NCBI GenBank assembly: GCA_050953045.1
Contig: JBMNLY010000001.1
Span: forward strand, 279,879-343,878
Direction: 5' to 3'
Source: Bacilli bacterium
Lineage (GTDB): Bacteria > Bacillota_I > Bacilli_A > ML615J-28 > CAG-698
DNA length: 64,000 nt
The translations under genes and the position numbers were made by a program. Every line of letters starts with the position of its first letter. The first letter of the stretch is position 1. Below the pieces are notes generated by a model. It had not been told where the DNA came from. It searched no databases and saw only the letters and a program-made list of their open reading frames with translations. Shown here one piece after another: positions 29,224 through 42,558 of this stretch.

Positions 29224-30007
29224 TTTTCAAATCTTAAAAATGGAGCTGAAAAGATATTTTAAGAGTCTTCTCGGCTGGAGTCTTTCGATTGGCATTTTTC
29301 TATATATAGTGATTATTCTTTATCCGATGGTAAAAGATTTATATAATCAACTTTCTGGAGAACTTTTAGAATTACTCGAAAACTTTGGTGGGCTTCCGAA
29401 AAATGAAATTGAATATTTTGCAACCGAAGGCGGTATGCTTTTACAGCTTTTCGGTGCTGTTTATGCGGCTTTCACAGGTTTTAATCTAATCAGCCGCGAA
29501 GAAAGAGAACAAACGACCGATGCAGTTTTTTCCCTTCCGGTTTCAAGAACTTCTTTCTTCTTTACAAAATTAATTGTTGCCTTCATACAAATGTTACTCT
29601 TTACAATCTTCATTATGCTCTGTAGCTTTTTAGGATTTATATCGATCTCAAGCAATTTAGACTTTTCCCGTTTCTTTATTTATATGGCAATATATTTACT
29701 TTTATTGCTTGTCGTTGTTCTCTTGGGGATGAGTTTAGCTTGCTTTCTAAAAAGAAGTTCAAAATCAGCAATAGCGCTTGTTATTCCGCTTCCGCTCTAC
29801 TTACTAACCCTTTTCTCTTCTTTAGTGAAAAACGATCTCTTAAAGAAACTAAAATATCTTTCACCTTTTACCTTTAGCGATCCAATCACATATTTAAAAT
29901 TGGGAGAGAGTTTCGAATATATCAGTTTTCTTGTTACCGCAAGCATAAGCATTATTTTAACCATTATCGGTTTATTCTTATACCGAAAAAGAGAATTCAC
30001 AAATTAA
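29216..30007 (+). CDS. ABC-2 type exporter permease
   Basis: About 6 TM; ISREE...T...SLPVSR motif; ATG overlaps ATPase end. Confidence 0.85.
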   Translation: MINFQILKMELKRYFKSLLGWSLSIGIFLYIVIILYPMVKDLYNQLSGELLELLENFGGLPKNEIEYFATEGGMLLQLFGAVYAAFTGFNLISREEREQTTDAVFSLPVSRTSFFFTKLIVAFIQMLLFTIFIMLCSFLGFISISSNLDFSRFFIYMAIYLLLLLVVVLLGMSLACFLKRSSKSAIALVIPLPLYLLTLFSSLVKNDLLKKLKYLSPFTFSDPITYLKLGESFEYISFLVTASISIILTIIGLFLYRKREFTN

Positions 30008-30043
30008 AAAAGGTTCAGATCAAGCAAATGATCTGAGCCTTTT
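30008..30043. terminator. Bidirectional terminator between convergent genes
   Basis: AAAAGGTTCAGATCA...TGATCTGAGCCTTTT. Confidence 0.75.
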
Positions 30044-31352
30044 ATTCTTCATCAGCAGGTAAGTATACTTGCGTTTCAACTTCAGGGAGTGCGGTAACAT
30101 CCCTTAGTTTACCTTGTATCATTCTTGTTCTGGTACCGACAAGTTTATCCAATTGCTCATTGGCTTGGGTAATCTTCTTCTGTGTGTCTTCCAAAACCTT
30201 TCCGAATTTATCAAACTCGGTTTTTACAGCACCGAGGATGTTCCACACTTCGCTGCTCCGTTTTTGAATTGCCAAGGTCCGAAAACCCATTTGCAGTGAA
30301 TTAAGTAACGCGGCCATTGTTGTCGGTCCGGCAAGATTAATTTTATATTCTCTTTGTAAGAATTCCAATACTCCGCTTTTTACCGCTTCCGCATACAAAC
30401 CTTCAACCGGTAAAAACATAATTCCAAAATCGGTTGTATTAGGTACATCGATGTATTTATCATGGATGTCTTTCGCAAACAACTTTAACTTCCGAACCAA
30501 ATTTGTTTGAGCGTTTTTAATTCCATCCACAGAGCCGCTGTCATAAGCGTCAAGGAGATTTTGATAGTCAACCAGCGGGAATTTCGCATCAATCGGAAGA
30601 TAAACTGTTTCACCGTCACCCGGAAGTTTGATAGCAAAATCAACACGGTCTTTACTTCCCTTCTTGGTTGCATATTGAATTTCATATTGCTCAGGAGTCA
30701 TTATCTCTTCTAAGATATTGGCAAGTTGAAACTCTCCAAGCGTTCCCTGCGTTTTTACATTAGTCAAAACCTTCTTCAAATCGCCGACACCGCTTGCTAA
30801 GTTCTGCATTTCTCCGAGACCTTTATAAACTTGTTCTAAACGTTCGCTGACAAGCTGAAACGATTTTGAGAGCCGATCTTCCAATGTTTTTTGGAGTTTT
30901 TCATCAACGGTATGCCGAATTTCTTCTAGTTTCTTACTGTTATCCGCTTGTAAATTTGCGATTGCCTTCTCAACCGTCGTTCGGATATTCTCAAGTTTAG
31001 TTTCAGTGATGGTTGCGGAAGATGCAAGCGACTTTTCAACGCTTTGACGGATATTTTCAAGTTTTAATTCAGTCTCACGAGCATTGTTTCCAAAGGTGCT
31101 ATTCAATTGCGTTAGATTAGCATTGAGGGATTCCATCAATAACTTGGAGAATTGTTCATTGCTTTTATTCAATAAACTTCCAAAACTATCAAGCGCCGTA
31201 TGAATCGAACTGATAATCTCCCCCCGATTAGCATCTAATTTCCCTTCCATATCTTTCTCAGACCTTTTAAAAAGTAACAACAAAAGAATTCCTACTAAAA
31301 CAAGAAAACTTAAGCTGACGAGAACCAAAATAATGATTTCAACTTCTTTCAT
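30042..31352 (-). CDS. rmuC: DNA recombination protein RmuC
   Basis: N-terminal TM and coiled coil; G.LGE.QL, PIDAKFP, MFLP.EGLYAE. Confidence 0.93.
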   Translation of the reverse strand: MKEVEIIILVLVSLSFLVLVGILLLLLFKRSEKDMEGKLDANRGEIISSIHTALDSFGSLLNKSNEQFSKLLMESLNANLTQLNSTFGNNARETELKLENIRQSVEKSLASSATITETKLENIRTTVEKAIANLQADNSKKLEEIRHTVDEKLQKTLEDRLSKSFQLVSERLEQVYKGLGEMQNLASGVGDLKKVLTNVKTQGTLGEFQLANILEEIMTPEQYEIQYATKKGSKDRVDFAIKLPGDGETVYLPIDAKFPLVDYQNLLDAYDSGSVDGIKNAQTNLVRKLKLFAKDIHDKYIDVPNTTDFGIMFLPVEGLYAEAVKSGVLEFLQREYKINLAGPTTMAALLNSLQMGFRTLAIQKRSSEVWNILGAVKTEFDKFGKVLEDTQKKITQANEQLDKLVGTRTRMIQGKLRDVTALPEVETQVYLPADEE

Positions 31353-31369
31353 ACAACACCTTACCTTTA

Positions 31370-32692
31370 TTATTTTTTATGAGCTTTCTTCCGATACTGG
31401 GAATCAATATATGCCCTTTTCATTTTCTTAAGCTCTTTATCAATCAATTGTTTGCGTTTTTTCTTATATCCGGGTTTAACTTTTTTTCCTAAAGGAATCC
31501 GCGCTTGAATTTCTTTAAGCGCTTTTTCTTTTTGGCTTCTAACCTTTTTTGCACTTCTTATCTTGGTTGGTACCAATTCGCCGTTTTTTAAGGTTTTATA
31601 AGCGCATTTCAAACCCCGTTTTTCCAAGTTTTTTACATAAGCATCATCTTCATAGTCATAAAAAGAAATCGCGGTTCCGGTAAAGTCCATTCTCCCGGTT
31701 CTTCCGGTCCGGTGAATGTAGAATTCTAAATCGAGTGGAAGTTCATAGTTGATGACATGACTAACGCCGACAAAGTCCATGCCTCTGGCAGCCAGGTCGG
31801 TCGCAACCACATATTGAAAACTCCCTTCCTTAATACTTTTTAAAACCTGGCGTCTTTCCCGTGGTTTCAAATCACCGCTCAACACTCCCGGCTTTAAACC
31901 GGAGTTTGCTAGAAAAGCTGCAACTTCTTCTACCTTATCACGGGTATTGACAAATATTAATGCGAGATAGGGCTGAAAGATATTTAAAAGTTCATAAAGC
32001 AATTGATTTTTATCTTTGTTTTTAGTCGGAATAAATATATGTTCGATTTCTGCTTTGGAAATTTGTTTTTCGGTTAAATCGACAGTAACTAATTTTTGTA
32101 AATATTTATTTAAAAAAAATATTAAATCTTGATTCAGGGTTGCGGAAAAAATCAAAGTTTGAATATCTTCAGAAAAGACGCTGAAAATACGGTCAATGGT
32201 TTCCAAATCTTCCGGAACAAAGACCATATCCGCTTCATCAACAACGACCTTCCGCGCTGTATAGATTTTCAGCAGATTGCTATCGATTGCTAAATCTTTC
32301 AATTTTCCGACTGTTGCAATCGCGATTTGGGGTTGAGACTTTTCCAATCTTTCCTTTTCTTGAGTTCTGTCGGTTCCGCCCACATAGAGCCTAACATCGA
32401 CAAACTCCGGATAAAACTTGGTAATCTTCCGGACTTCTTCATTAATCTGCATTCCAAGTTCCCTTGTTGGAACGATAATCAAAGTATCAAGAACTGCTTC
32501 ATTCCTTAAATCATCTAAAATTGGAAGCAAGAAAGCATGGGTTTTACCGGTTCCGGTTTGGCTCTTTCCGATTACATTTTCCTTGTTTTGAATCAAGGGT
32601 ATAACTTCAGCTTGGACCGGGGTCGGTTGATAAAACTCAAGTTTTTTAAGCGCTTTGTAAATATAAGGTTTAAAACCAAATTTCTTAAACAT
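31370..32692 (-). CDS. cshB: DEAD-box RNA helicase (CshB-like)
   Basis: SQTGTGKT, DEAD, SAT, HRTGRTGR, VKPGYKKK tail. Confidence 0.85.
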   Translation of the reverse strand: MFKKFGFKPYIYKALKKLEFYQPTPVQAEVIPLIQNKENVIGKSQTGTGKTHAFLLPILDDLRNEAVLDTLIIVPTRELGMQINEEVRKITKFYPEFVDVRLYVGGTDRTQEKERLEKSQPQIAIATVGKLKDLAIDSNLLKIYTARKVVVDEADMVFVPEDLETIDRIFSVFSEDIQTLIFSATLNQDLIFFLNKYLQKLVTVDLTEKQISKAEIEHIFIPTKNKDKNQLLYELLNIFQPYLALIFVNTRDKVEEVAAFLANSGLKPGVLSGDLKPRERRQVLKSIKEGSFQYVVATDLAARGMDFVGVSHVINYELPLDLEFYIHRTGRTGRMDFTGTAISFYDYEDDAYVKNLEKRGLKCAYKTLKNGELVPTKIRSAKKVRSQKEKALKEIQARIPLGKKVKPGYKKKRKQLIDKELKKMKRAYIDSQYRKKAHKK

Positions 32693-32696
32693 CAGC

Positions 32697-33980
32697 TTAC
32701 TCCTTTCCGAGCGAAACCGGATAATCAGCTTTTTCAATTGTTACATAAACAAGCTCATTGTTATTTGCTTGGGAAGGAAAACTCACTTGCAGATAATTTG
32801 AAGTATGGCCAAAGGCAATGCCGTTTTCATTTTTCTCAACCAAGACTTCAAGTCTCTTTTTTTCAAATTGTTGCCGGTAAGCAAGAGCCATCTCCCGATT
32901 TAAGTTCAACATTTCATTAACCCGAAATCTTTTCGTAATTCCGTCAAGTTGATTGGGAAAGTCTTTGGCGCGCGTGTGTGGCCGCGGTGAATAAGGAAAG
33001 ACATGCATTTCCCCAAATCCAACTTTCCGGGCAAACTCTAAACCATTTTGGAATTGTTCCGTAGTTTCTCCGGGAAAACCAACCATATAATCGGTTGTGA
33101 TATTTGCATCCGGAAAGATCTTTCGAATTTCTTTGATCTTTTTGGAAAAGAATTCGGTATCATATTTCCGGTTCATTAATTTCAAAATCTCATCATTGCC
33201 GTTTTGTAAAGGAATATGGAAATGATTACAGAAGTGATCCCGGTTTGCTTTTATCAATTTAAGCAAATCGGTGCTTAATTGGGTAACCTCGATTGAAGAA
33301 ATCCGAATCCTGCCAAGACCTTTAACTTTCAAAATTTCCGCAAGCAAATCAACAAAACCGAATCCCTCCAAATCTTGCCCATAAGCTCCGGTATTGATTC
33401 CGCTTAAAACCAGTTCTTTCATGCCTTGAGCGGTCAGTTTTTCTATTTCACTGATGATATCATCAGCCTTGCGGCTCCGCACCCGTCCCCGGGCATAGGG
33501 AATCTCACAATAGGAACAAAAATTATCGCACCCGTCTTCAATTTTAATAAATCCCCGAGTATGGTTTAAATAGCGGTCGATCTTAATCTCTTCATAAACG
33601 CGAGCTGTTTTCATATCGTCTATATAAAAATGTTTGTCCTTTTTATCTAAAGCCTCAAGACATAAATTAAAGAGGTGATGACGATGGCTGGTTCCGATGA
33701 CAACATCCGCTCCGATTTCCTTCACATCATCGGGATGAAGTTGGGAAAAACAGCCCATTACCGCAACGACCGCATCCGGATTTCTCCGTGTTGCTTGGCG
33801 AATCATCTTTCTTGATTTCGCATCTGAATTGGCTGTTACGGTACAAGTATTGATTATATAGACATCTGCTTCTTCGTCAAAATTAACCAATTTAAATCCT
33901 GAATCTAAAAATTGATTAATAATGGCAACTGCCTCATATTCATTTACTTTACAGCCTAAAGAACAATAACTAACTTTCAT
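32697..33980 (-). CDS. mtaB: tRNA t6A methylthiotransferase
   Basis: LGCKVN.YE, NTCTVT, GCDNFCSYC; follows rsmE. Confidence 0.93.
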   Translation of the reverse strand: MKVSYCSLGCKVNEYEAVAIINQFLDSGFKLVNFDEEADVYIINTCTVTANSDAKSRKMIRQATRRNPDAVVAVMGCFSQLHPDDVKEIGADVVIGTSHRHHLFNLCLEALDKKDKHFYIDDMKTARVYEEIKIDRYLNHTRGFIKIEDGCDNFCSYCEIPYARGRVRSRKADDIISEIEKLTAQGMKELVLSGINTGAYGQDLEGFGFVDLLAEILKVKGLGRIRISSIEVTQLSTDLLKLIKANRDHFCNHFHIPLQNGNDEILKLMNRKYDTEFFSKKIKEIRKIFPDANITTDYMVGFPGETTEQFQNGLEFARKVGFGEMHVFPYSPRPHTRAKDFPNQLDGITKRFRVNEMLNLNREMALAYRQQFEKKRLEVLVEKNENGIAFGHTSNYLQVSFPSQANNNELVYVTIEKADYPVSLGKE

Positions 33981-34719
33981 CTTTTAACTCCAATTCATAA
34001 CTGAAGGCACTCATTATATACAAAGGAGCAGTTTCACAGCGTAAAATCCGCGGACCGAGTCCGACTGCTGAAAAACCCCCCACTAATAATTTTTCCGCTT
34101 CCTTTAAACTTATTCCCCCTTCCGGTCCAACCAAAACTAGAACCGCTTTTTCCTGAGATGACCTGATAATTTTCTTTAAAGAAGCGTCATTTTTTCTTCC
34201 TGCTTCTTCATAAGCAAAAAGCTTGTGATCAAATTTTGCCGAAAACTTTAAGAAATCTTCAAAACTAAAATTACCAAATATTTGGGGAATGCGCCTTCTT
34301 TGAGATTGTTCGGAAGCTTCCTTCGCAATGCTTTTTTGTCGTTCAATAATTTTTTCGGTATTACCTTTTGCCTTCACAATACTTCTTGCCATTGAGACGG
34401 TCAGAAAACCGTCAGCACCAAGTTCGGTAATCCTTCTTAAAACTTCTTCTTGCTTTTCTCTTCTGGTTAAACCTAAGGCGATAGTAAGAGAACAGTTTAA
34501 TTCGCTCTGATAATCTATTTTTTCTCTAAGCCTCAGAATTATTTCTTGATCCTTTATTTCAACAAGATTAGCGAGATAAACATTTTCATCTTGGTCACAG
34601 ATATAAACATTATCCCCCGTTTTCATCCGCATCACATTCTTGATATGGTGATAATCTTGTCCGTGGATGGAAACAGTATTTCCTTTTATTTGTTCGCTTT
34701 TCACGAAATATCTTTGCAT
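33970..34719 (-). CDS. rsmE: 16S rRNA m3U1498 methyltransferase
   Basis: MQRYF, EASEQS.R, VGPEGG, LGPRILR.ETA. Confidence 0.95.
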   Translation of the reverse strand: MQRYFVKSEQIKGNTVSIHGQDYHHIKNVMRMKTGDNVYICDQDENVYLANLVEIKDQEIILRLREKIDYQSELNCSLTIALGLTRREKQEEVLRRITELGADGFLTVSMARSIVKAKGNTEKIIERQKSIAKEASEQSQRRRIPQIFGNFSFEDFLKFSAKFDHKLFAYEEAGRKNDASLKKIIRSSQEKAVLVLVGPEGGISLKEAEKLLVGGFSAVGLGPRILRCETAPLYIMSAFSYELELKDES

Positions 34720-34803
34720 ATTACACCTTCATAATCTTACTATACTATTATACATTATTCTTGATAAAAATAAAAGAAATAATACCCGCAGGTTCTGCAG
34801 GCA

Positions 34804-35916
34804 TTAATTTCTAAAAAATTTCTTTATTTTTGAGAAAACCGACTCGCTCATTTCGTTGGTTTTCGAAAGTTTCTTAAAGAGATCTTTTTGTTCAGCGGAA
34901 AGTTTGTTCGGGGTAACAAGGTTTACAATTACATACTGATGCCCCGTATCCATAGTTCGGGAATTGTTGATGCCCTTTCCCGACAATTTGAATTTAGTTC
35001 CCGTTTGCGTTCCGCTCGGTATTTTCAAATTAACATTTCCGGTTAAAGTCGGCACAATAATATTCGCACCGAGTGCGGCTTGACTGAAAGTAATCGGCAT
35101 TTCCATATAAATATCAAGGCCGTCACGGGAGAAGATTTCGTGAGGACGAACATTGACATTGATGTAAAGGTCGCCGTTCATTCCGCCTTTGCGTCCGGCT
35201 TCTCCGTAACCGGAGAGTTTCAGACCTTGACCGTCTTCAATACCGGAAGGAATCTTAACTTTAATCTTGGAAAGTTTCTTAATCCTTCCGTCGCCGCCAC
35301 ATAAACTACATTTGTTTTTAATGATTTCGCCACTGCCCCCGCAGGTCGAACAGGCAGTTTCGGTCTGAATCCGACCAAAAATACTCGCCTGTTCAACAAT
35401 AATCCGACCACTGCCATGACAACGGGAACAAACCGAAATGTCACTTTTTGATTCGGCACCGAGGCCATTACAACGGGAACAGGTTTCATGTTTATTGATG
35501 GAAAGCTCTTTTTCCGTACCGAATGCTGCCTCTTCAAAAGAGATTGTTAAGGAAGTTCGCAAATCGCTTCCTCGGCTTGGCCTTCTAGCATTTCCGGAAG
35601 TTCGCGTACGGCCTCCGAACATCGAAGATAAAATATCTTCGAAGCCACCAAAACCGCCAAAACCGCTGAACTCGAATCCGTCAAAACCGCCCATTTGGGG
35701 ACCGTCATGTCCAAAACGATTATATTGATCGCGTTTGGCGGGATCGCTTAAGACCTCATAAGCTTCCTGTACTTCTTTGAATTTTTCGGCTGCATTTTCT
35801 TCTTTACTGACATCGGGATGATATTTCTTAGCTAAGGTCCGGTAAGCTTTTTTGATTTCTTCTTCGTTCGCAGTTTTCGGAACTCCTAATACCTCATAAT
35901 AATCTCTTTTGGCCAT
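34804..35916 (-). CDS. dnaJ: Chaperone DnaJ
   Basis: J domain HPD, G/F region, four CxxCxGxG. Confidence 0.98.
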   Translation of the reverse strand: MAKRDYYEVLGVPKTANEEEIKKAYRTLAKKYHPDVSKEENAAEKFKEVQEAYEVLSDPAKRDQYNRFGHDGPQMGGFDGFEFSGFGGFGGFEDILSSMFGGRTRTSGNARRPSRGSDLRTSLTISFEEAAFGTEKELSINKHETCSRCNGLGAESKSDISVCSRCHGSGRIIVEQASIFGRIQTETACSTCGGSGEIIKNKCSLCGGDGRIKKLSKIKVKIPSGIEDGQGLKLSGYGEAGRKGGMNGDLYINVNVRPHEIFSRDGLDIYMEMPITFSQAALGANIIVPTLTGNVNLKIPSGTQTGTKFKLSGKGINNSRTMDTGHQYVIVNLVTPNKLSAEQKDLFKKLSKTNEMSESVFSKIKKFFRN

Positions 35917-35942
35917 AAATCAATCACTCTCTTCCGCAGACT

Positions 35943-38352
<2,410 letters not shown>

Positions 38353-39363
38353 CTATACCACTTTCTTAATATTTTCTGCTATATATTCCAATAGGGGAAT
38401 AATCTTTTGATATTCCATCCTCGTTGGCCCGAGCACAGCAATTGCTCCCCGCTTGCCGTCATCAAGCTCATAGGGAACGGTTATGACCGTACAGTCTTTT
38501 AAGGCCTGAACGGTGTTTTCTTGACCTATCCGAACAGTGATTCTGTCCGTGCTTGTTTCTACAACCTTCAATATTTCTTGGTTTTCGATTGCATTTAAAA
38601 ATTCTTTGACTTTACCCACATCCTGGAATTCCGGCAAACTTAATATATTGCTTTGGCCGGTCAGGAAATATTTATCCTGAACCATCTCAGTAAAGATTCT
38701 GACAAAGGTGCTGACTAACTCGTCATAATAATCAAGATATGCTCTAATCTTGCCATCGCTCAATTGAGCTTTAATTGTTTTATCAATGTCGGTAATCAGG
38801 CATTCCTTTAAGATATCATTCAGAATCAAACATACTTTTTCCAGATCGCGGATATTTAGATATTCCGGAATCAAAATTTTTTTGCTTTCCACATACCCAT
38901 GATTGGTGACGATTAAAACTACGGCGCGACTTTCATCAAGCGCCACCAATTGGATTTTCTTAATCCGGGAATTGTGACTTTGAGACCCGAGAACAATCGT
39001 AGCATAATTGGTCAGTTCCGCGACCAATGACATAGATTCTTTGATCGCTTCCTCGCGACTGCTAATATGTCTTCTAAAAATCTGATCAATTAAGGGAAAA
39101 GATTTTACTTCTTGTTCTCTTTCCGAAAGTATCATTTGGACATAGTAACGATAGCCATTTTCGGAAGGTATCCGACCGCTCGAACTATGTGTTTTCTCTA
39201 TTAGTCCCTGTTGTTCCATAAAGGCCATATCGTTACGGATGGTTGCGGAAGAAACATTTAGACCATAAACATTGACCAAACTCTTTGAACCGACCGGCTC
39301 ATTGGACTGGACATATTCTTCCACAATTGCTTTTAAAACTAATTTTTGGCGTTCGGATAACAT
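38353..39363 (-). CDS. hrcA: Heat-inducible transcription repressor
   Basis: EPVGSK, SSATIRNDM, HSSSGRIPS, GPTRM.Y. Confidence 0.97.
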   Translation of the reverse strand: MLSERQKLVLKAIVEEYVQSNEPVGSKSLVNVYGLNVSSATIRNDMAFMEQQGLIEKTHSSSGRIPSENGYRYYVQMILSEREQEVKSFPLIDQIFRRHISSREEAIKESMSLVAELTNYATIVLGSQSHNSRIKKIQLVALDESRAVVLIVTNHGYVESKKILIPEYLNIRDLEKVCLILNDILKECLITDIDKTIKAQLSDGKIRAYLDYYDELVSTFVRIFTEMVQDKYFLTGQSNILSLPEFQDVGKVKEFLNAIENQEILKVVETSTDRITVRIGQENTVQALKDCTVITVPYELDDGKRGAIAVLGPTRMEYQKIIPLLEYIAENIKKVV

Positions 39364-39377
39364 AGGCGCCTCCTTTA

Positions 39378-39404
39378 TTAGCACTCTAAACCTTAAAATG
39401 CTAA
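39378..39404. promoter_or_regulatory. CIRCE element 1
   Basis: TTAGCACTC-N9-AAATGCTAA. Confidence 0.85.
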
Positions 39405-39408
39405 TACT

Positions 39409-39437
39409 ATTATACCTTTTTTAATTAGCACTGTCAA
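39409..39437 (-). promoter_or_regulatory. SigA promoter of the dnaK operon
   Basis: TTGACA-17-TATAAT. Confidence 0.85.
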
Positions 39438-39451
39438 GCGTAATATGCTAA
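39425..39451. promoter_or_regulatory. CIRCE element 2, overlapping the -35 box
   Basis: TTAGCACTG-N9-ATATGCTAA. Confidence 0.75.
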
Positions 39452-39702
39452 TTTATTTTATGAATTATAAAAATATTTATACATAAATAAAAATAGGAAT
39501 TTATCCTCCATAAATTCCTGTTTATTTGATTATGTAAAATAATTAGTGGTTAAAGTATACGCGTTGTTTTATTTTCATCAAGGTAATACTCTGAAATTAT
39601 TCCGTACAATGCCGAAAAAGCGTAGCAAAAAAGGTCTTTGTTTTCTCAGCAAAGTGAGAATCAACATAGACCTTTTTATCAACAAAATTCTTTACAGACC
39701 CT

Positions 39703-40383
39703 CTATTTTCTGCGGAAACTTCGCAAATAATCCTTCTTTTCTTTCGGAACTTGCATAGAATCACAAATTTTACTGATAGCTTTATTATGGGTAAACTTAT
39801 CAAGTCTTCCATCAAAAAGCCGGAGTGTCTCTTCTGGATATTTTACATAAAGAACGGAAATCAGCCAAGCGAGAGCCATTCTGACATAGTATTCTTCGCT
39901 TTTGATTGTTTCGATGACATTAAAAATATAATCTAAATAATCATCGTTTATGTAATAACAGAGAAGCAAAATCAGTCCGAAACGAATTGTATAGGTAGAT
40001 TCACTCTTTAAGCAAGAATCAATAAATGATTTTCCTTCTTGAAGATGCTTTTTAAAGATTTTAAGTGAAGAAGCGACGGAATCACATATACTCCAATTAT
40101 CAATTTCCGGTAGGATTGCTTCCAAATAGCGAAGTATAATCGAAAATTCCTTTTTTAAACCAGCTATGATAAAGCCTTTAATCATTTTTTCTTCGCTGTA
40201 TAGACTCTTTACTGCAAGATATTTTTCATAATCTTCCTTTAAAAATTCTTTCGCAAGTTTTCTTAAAACCGGAATCCTAATCCCGATATGAGTGGAGCCC
40301 GGAACTAGATTGGCTGTAAAATCATAATAAGCTTCATCTTTTAAAGATAGTAATCTTTGGCGTAAGTTTTCTTCAAATTGCAT
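39703..40383 (-). CDS. DNA alkylation repair protein (AlkD-like)
   Basis: GIRIP.LRKLAK, IDNWSICD, EYYVRMA.AW. Confidence 0.85.
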   Translation of the reverse strand: MQFEENLRQRLLSLKDEAYYDFTANLVPGSTHIGIRIPVLRKLAKEFLKEDYEKYLAVKSLYSEEKMIKGFIIAGLKKEFSIILRYLEAILPEIDNWSICDSVASSLKIFKKHLQEGKSFIDSCLKSESTYTIRFGLILLLCYYINDDYLDYIFNVIETIKSEEYYVRMALAWLISVLYVKYPEETLRLFDGRLDKFTHNKAISKICDSMQVPKEKKDYLRSFRRK

Positions 40384-41743
40384 AGCGACTCCGAATGTAT
40401 TTATCAATTTCTACAGCAGCTTTTTTTCCAGCCCCCATGGCTAGAATCACCGTCGCCGCTCCGGTAACGATATCACCACCGGCATAAACACCTGGTACGG
40501 AGGTTTTTAAGTTTTCATCAACAACAATACAACCCCATTTATTGACCTCTAATTCGGGCATTGTAGAAGCGAGTAAAGGATTTGGGTGATTGCCGATTGC
40601 CATAATGACGGTATCGCATTTAATTTCAAAATTGGTGCCGATGCCTGGAACAGGGCGTCTTCTGCCGCTCGCATCGACTTCACCTAATACCATTTTTACA
40701 CATTCAAGTGCGATGACATTCCTTTCTGCATCACCAATTATCCGGACGGGGTTAGTTAAGAGTTTTAACTGTACTCCTTCTTCTTCCGCATGTTCGATTT
40801 CTTCCAAACGTGCTGGCATTTCTTCGCGGCCGCGTCTGTAAATCAGATATACTTCTTCCGCATCAAGACGGATTGCGGAGCGAGCAGCGTCCATAGCAAC
40901 ATTGCCGCCGCCGATAACCGCGACTCGTTTCATTTTTCGAAGCGGAGTGTCATATTCTGTTTGATATGCTTTCATCAGATTGATTCGAGTCAGGAATTCG
41001 TTTGCAGAGTAGACACCGTTAAAATTTTCGCCCGGGATACCTAAAAATTTCGGCAGTCCCGCACCGGTTCCGATAAAAACGGCTTGGAATCCTTCATTAA
41101 ATAAGTCATTGATCGTCTTAGTGCGCCCGATAACCATATTTGGATGATAAGTGACTCCAAGCTTTTCCAAATTCTCAATCTCTGCTTTTACAACCTTCTT
41201 CGGCAACCTAAATTCCGGAATCCCATAGATTAAGACCCCGCCTAAGGCATGGAGGGCTTCAAAGACATGAACCTCATAACCTTTTTGAGCAAGTACGGAG
41301 GCACAGGCTAAACCTGCGGGACCGGAGCCGATGATTGCTACTTTTTCTTTTTCAATTTTTGCTTGTTGGATTTTTGGTTGATAGTTATCGCCGACAAATC
41401 TTTCGAGTCTGCCAATCGCAATCGCCTCGCCTTTAATCCCGCGAACGCATCTTGCTTCACATTGGGTTTCTTGCGGACACACCCGCCCACAAATTCCCGG
41501 TAAGAAGTTTGCTTCAAGTATTGTTTCGGCCGCAGATTCTAAATTATCATCACGAAGTTCTTTTATAAATTTCGGAATATTGATATTTACCGGGCAACCC
41601 GAAACACAGGGAGCATGTTTACAATCCAAACAACGCGAAGCTTCCAGGACCGCTTCTTCCTTTGTATATCCTAAAGCGACCTCGAAAAAGTTTTTGATTC
41701 TTGCTTCAGGCGCTTGTTGTTTCATTTCTACTCGCTTTTTCAT
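40373..41743 (-). CDS. NfnB/SudA-like large subunit (GltD-like NADPH oxidoreductase)
   Basis: EASRCLDC, CGRVCPQE.QCE, IGSGPAG, IGGGNVAMDAAR. Confidence 0.9.
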   Translation of the reverse strand: MKKRVEMKQQAPEARIKNFFEVALGYTKEEAVLEASRCLDCKHAPCVSGCPVNINIPKFIKELRDDNLESAAETILEANFLPGICGRVCPQETQCEARCVRGIKGEAIAIGRLERFVGDNYQPKIQQAKIEKEKVAIIGSGPAGLACASVLAQKGYEVHVFEALHALGGVLIYGIPEFRLPKKVVKAEIENLEKLGVTYHPNMVIGRTKTINDLFNEGFQAVFIGTGAGLPKFLGIPGENFNGVYSANEFLTRINLMKAYQTEYDTPLRKMKRVAVIGGGNVAMDAARSAIRLDAEEVYLIYRRGREEMPARLEEIEHAEEEGVQLKLLTNPVRIIGDAERNVIALECVKMVLGEVDASGRRRPVPGIGTNFEIKCDTVIMAIGNHPNPLLASTMPELEVNKWGCIVVDENLKTSVPGVYAGGDIVTGAATVILAMGAGKKAAVEIDKYIRSRYAI

Positions 41744-42558
41744 ACACCCAACCTACAATCCGCTTCCCGCTCTTCTTTTTGATAGATTTTGGATCTTTGG
41801 ATTGCTTCGTCAAAATCAATTCCAAAAGCATCAAATTCCGGACCGTCAACACAAGCAAATTTAATTTCACCGTTAATTGTAAGTCGGCACCCTCCGCACA
41901 TTCCAGTTCCGTCAATCATGATTGGATTCATGCTGACAATGGTTCTTTGCTCGTATTCTTTGCCTAAAAGGGCAACATATTTCATCATCACGAGTGGACC
42001 GATTGCATAGACGACATCATATTTTTCAGTTTTTAAAAGTTCTTTTAAGACATCGGTAACCAAACCTTTTTGTCCCGCAGAGCCATCATCTGTTACCAGA
42101 TATAAATTATTGCTGATTTTGTGGAAATCATCTTCAAGAATAATCAAATCTTTGGTCCGAAAGCCGAGAACTGTATCGACGTAAGCACCGCAGCGTTTTA
42201 ATTCCCTGGCGAGCGGATAACCGATTGCACTTCCGACCCCACCAACTACGATACATACCTTTTTTAAACCTTCTATATCAGAAGGTTTTCCTAAAGGGCC
42301 GACAAAATCAAGAATATAATCCCCTGTTTGGAGGGCATTTAGTTTGCGAGTCGATAAACCGACAACCTGAAAAATGATTGTGATAGTGCCTTTTTCGGCA
42401 TCATAAGAAGCAATAGTTAAGGGAATTCGTTCTCCGAATTCATCGACTCTTAGAATAATAAATTGACCGGGTTTGCATCTTTTCGCAATATCCGGTGCTT
42501 CGACCTCAAATAAAGTAACAGTGCTGTTGAGATTTTCTCTGCGAACTATTTTATACAT
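41740..42558 (-). CDS. NfnA/SudB-like small subunit (FAD, 2Fe-2S)
   Basis: PGQFIILR, ERIPLTIA, DGTGMCGGCR, CVDGPEFD. Confidence 0.9.
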   Translation of the reverse strand: MYKIVRRENLNSTVTLFEVEAPDIAKRCKPGQFIILRVDEFGERIPLTIASYDAEKGTITIIFQVVGLSTRKLNALQTGDYILDFVGPLGKPSDIEGLKKVCIVVGGVGSAIGYPLARELKRCGAYVDTVLGFRTKDLIILEDDFHKISNNLYLVTDDGSAGQKGLVTDVLKELLKTEKYDVVYAIGPLVMMKYVALLGKEYEQRTIVSMNPIMIDGTGMCGGCRLTINGEIKFACVDGPEFDAFGIDFDEAIQRSKIYQKEEREADCRLGV

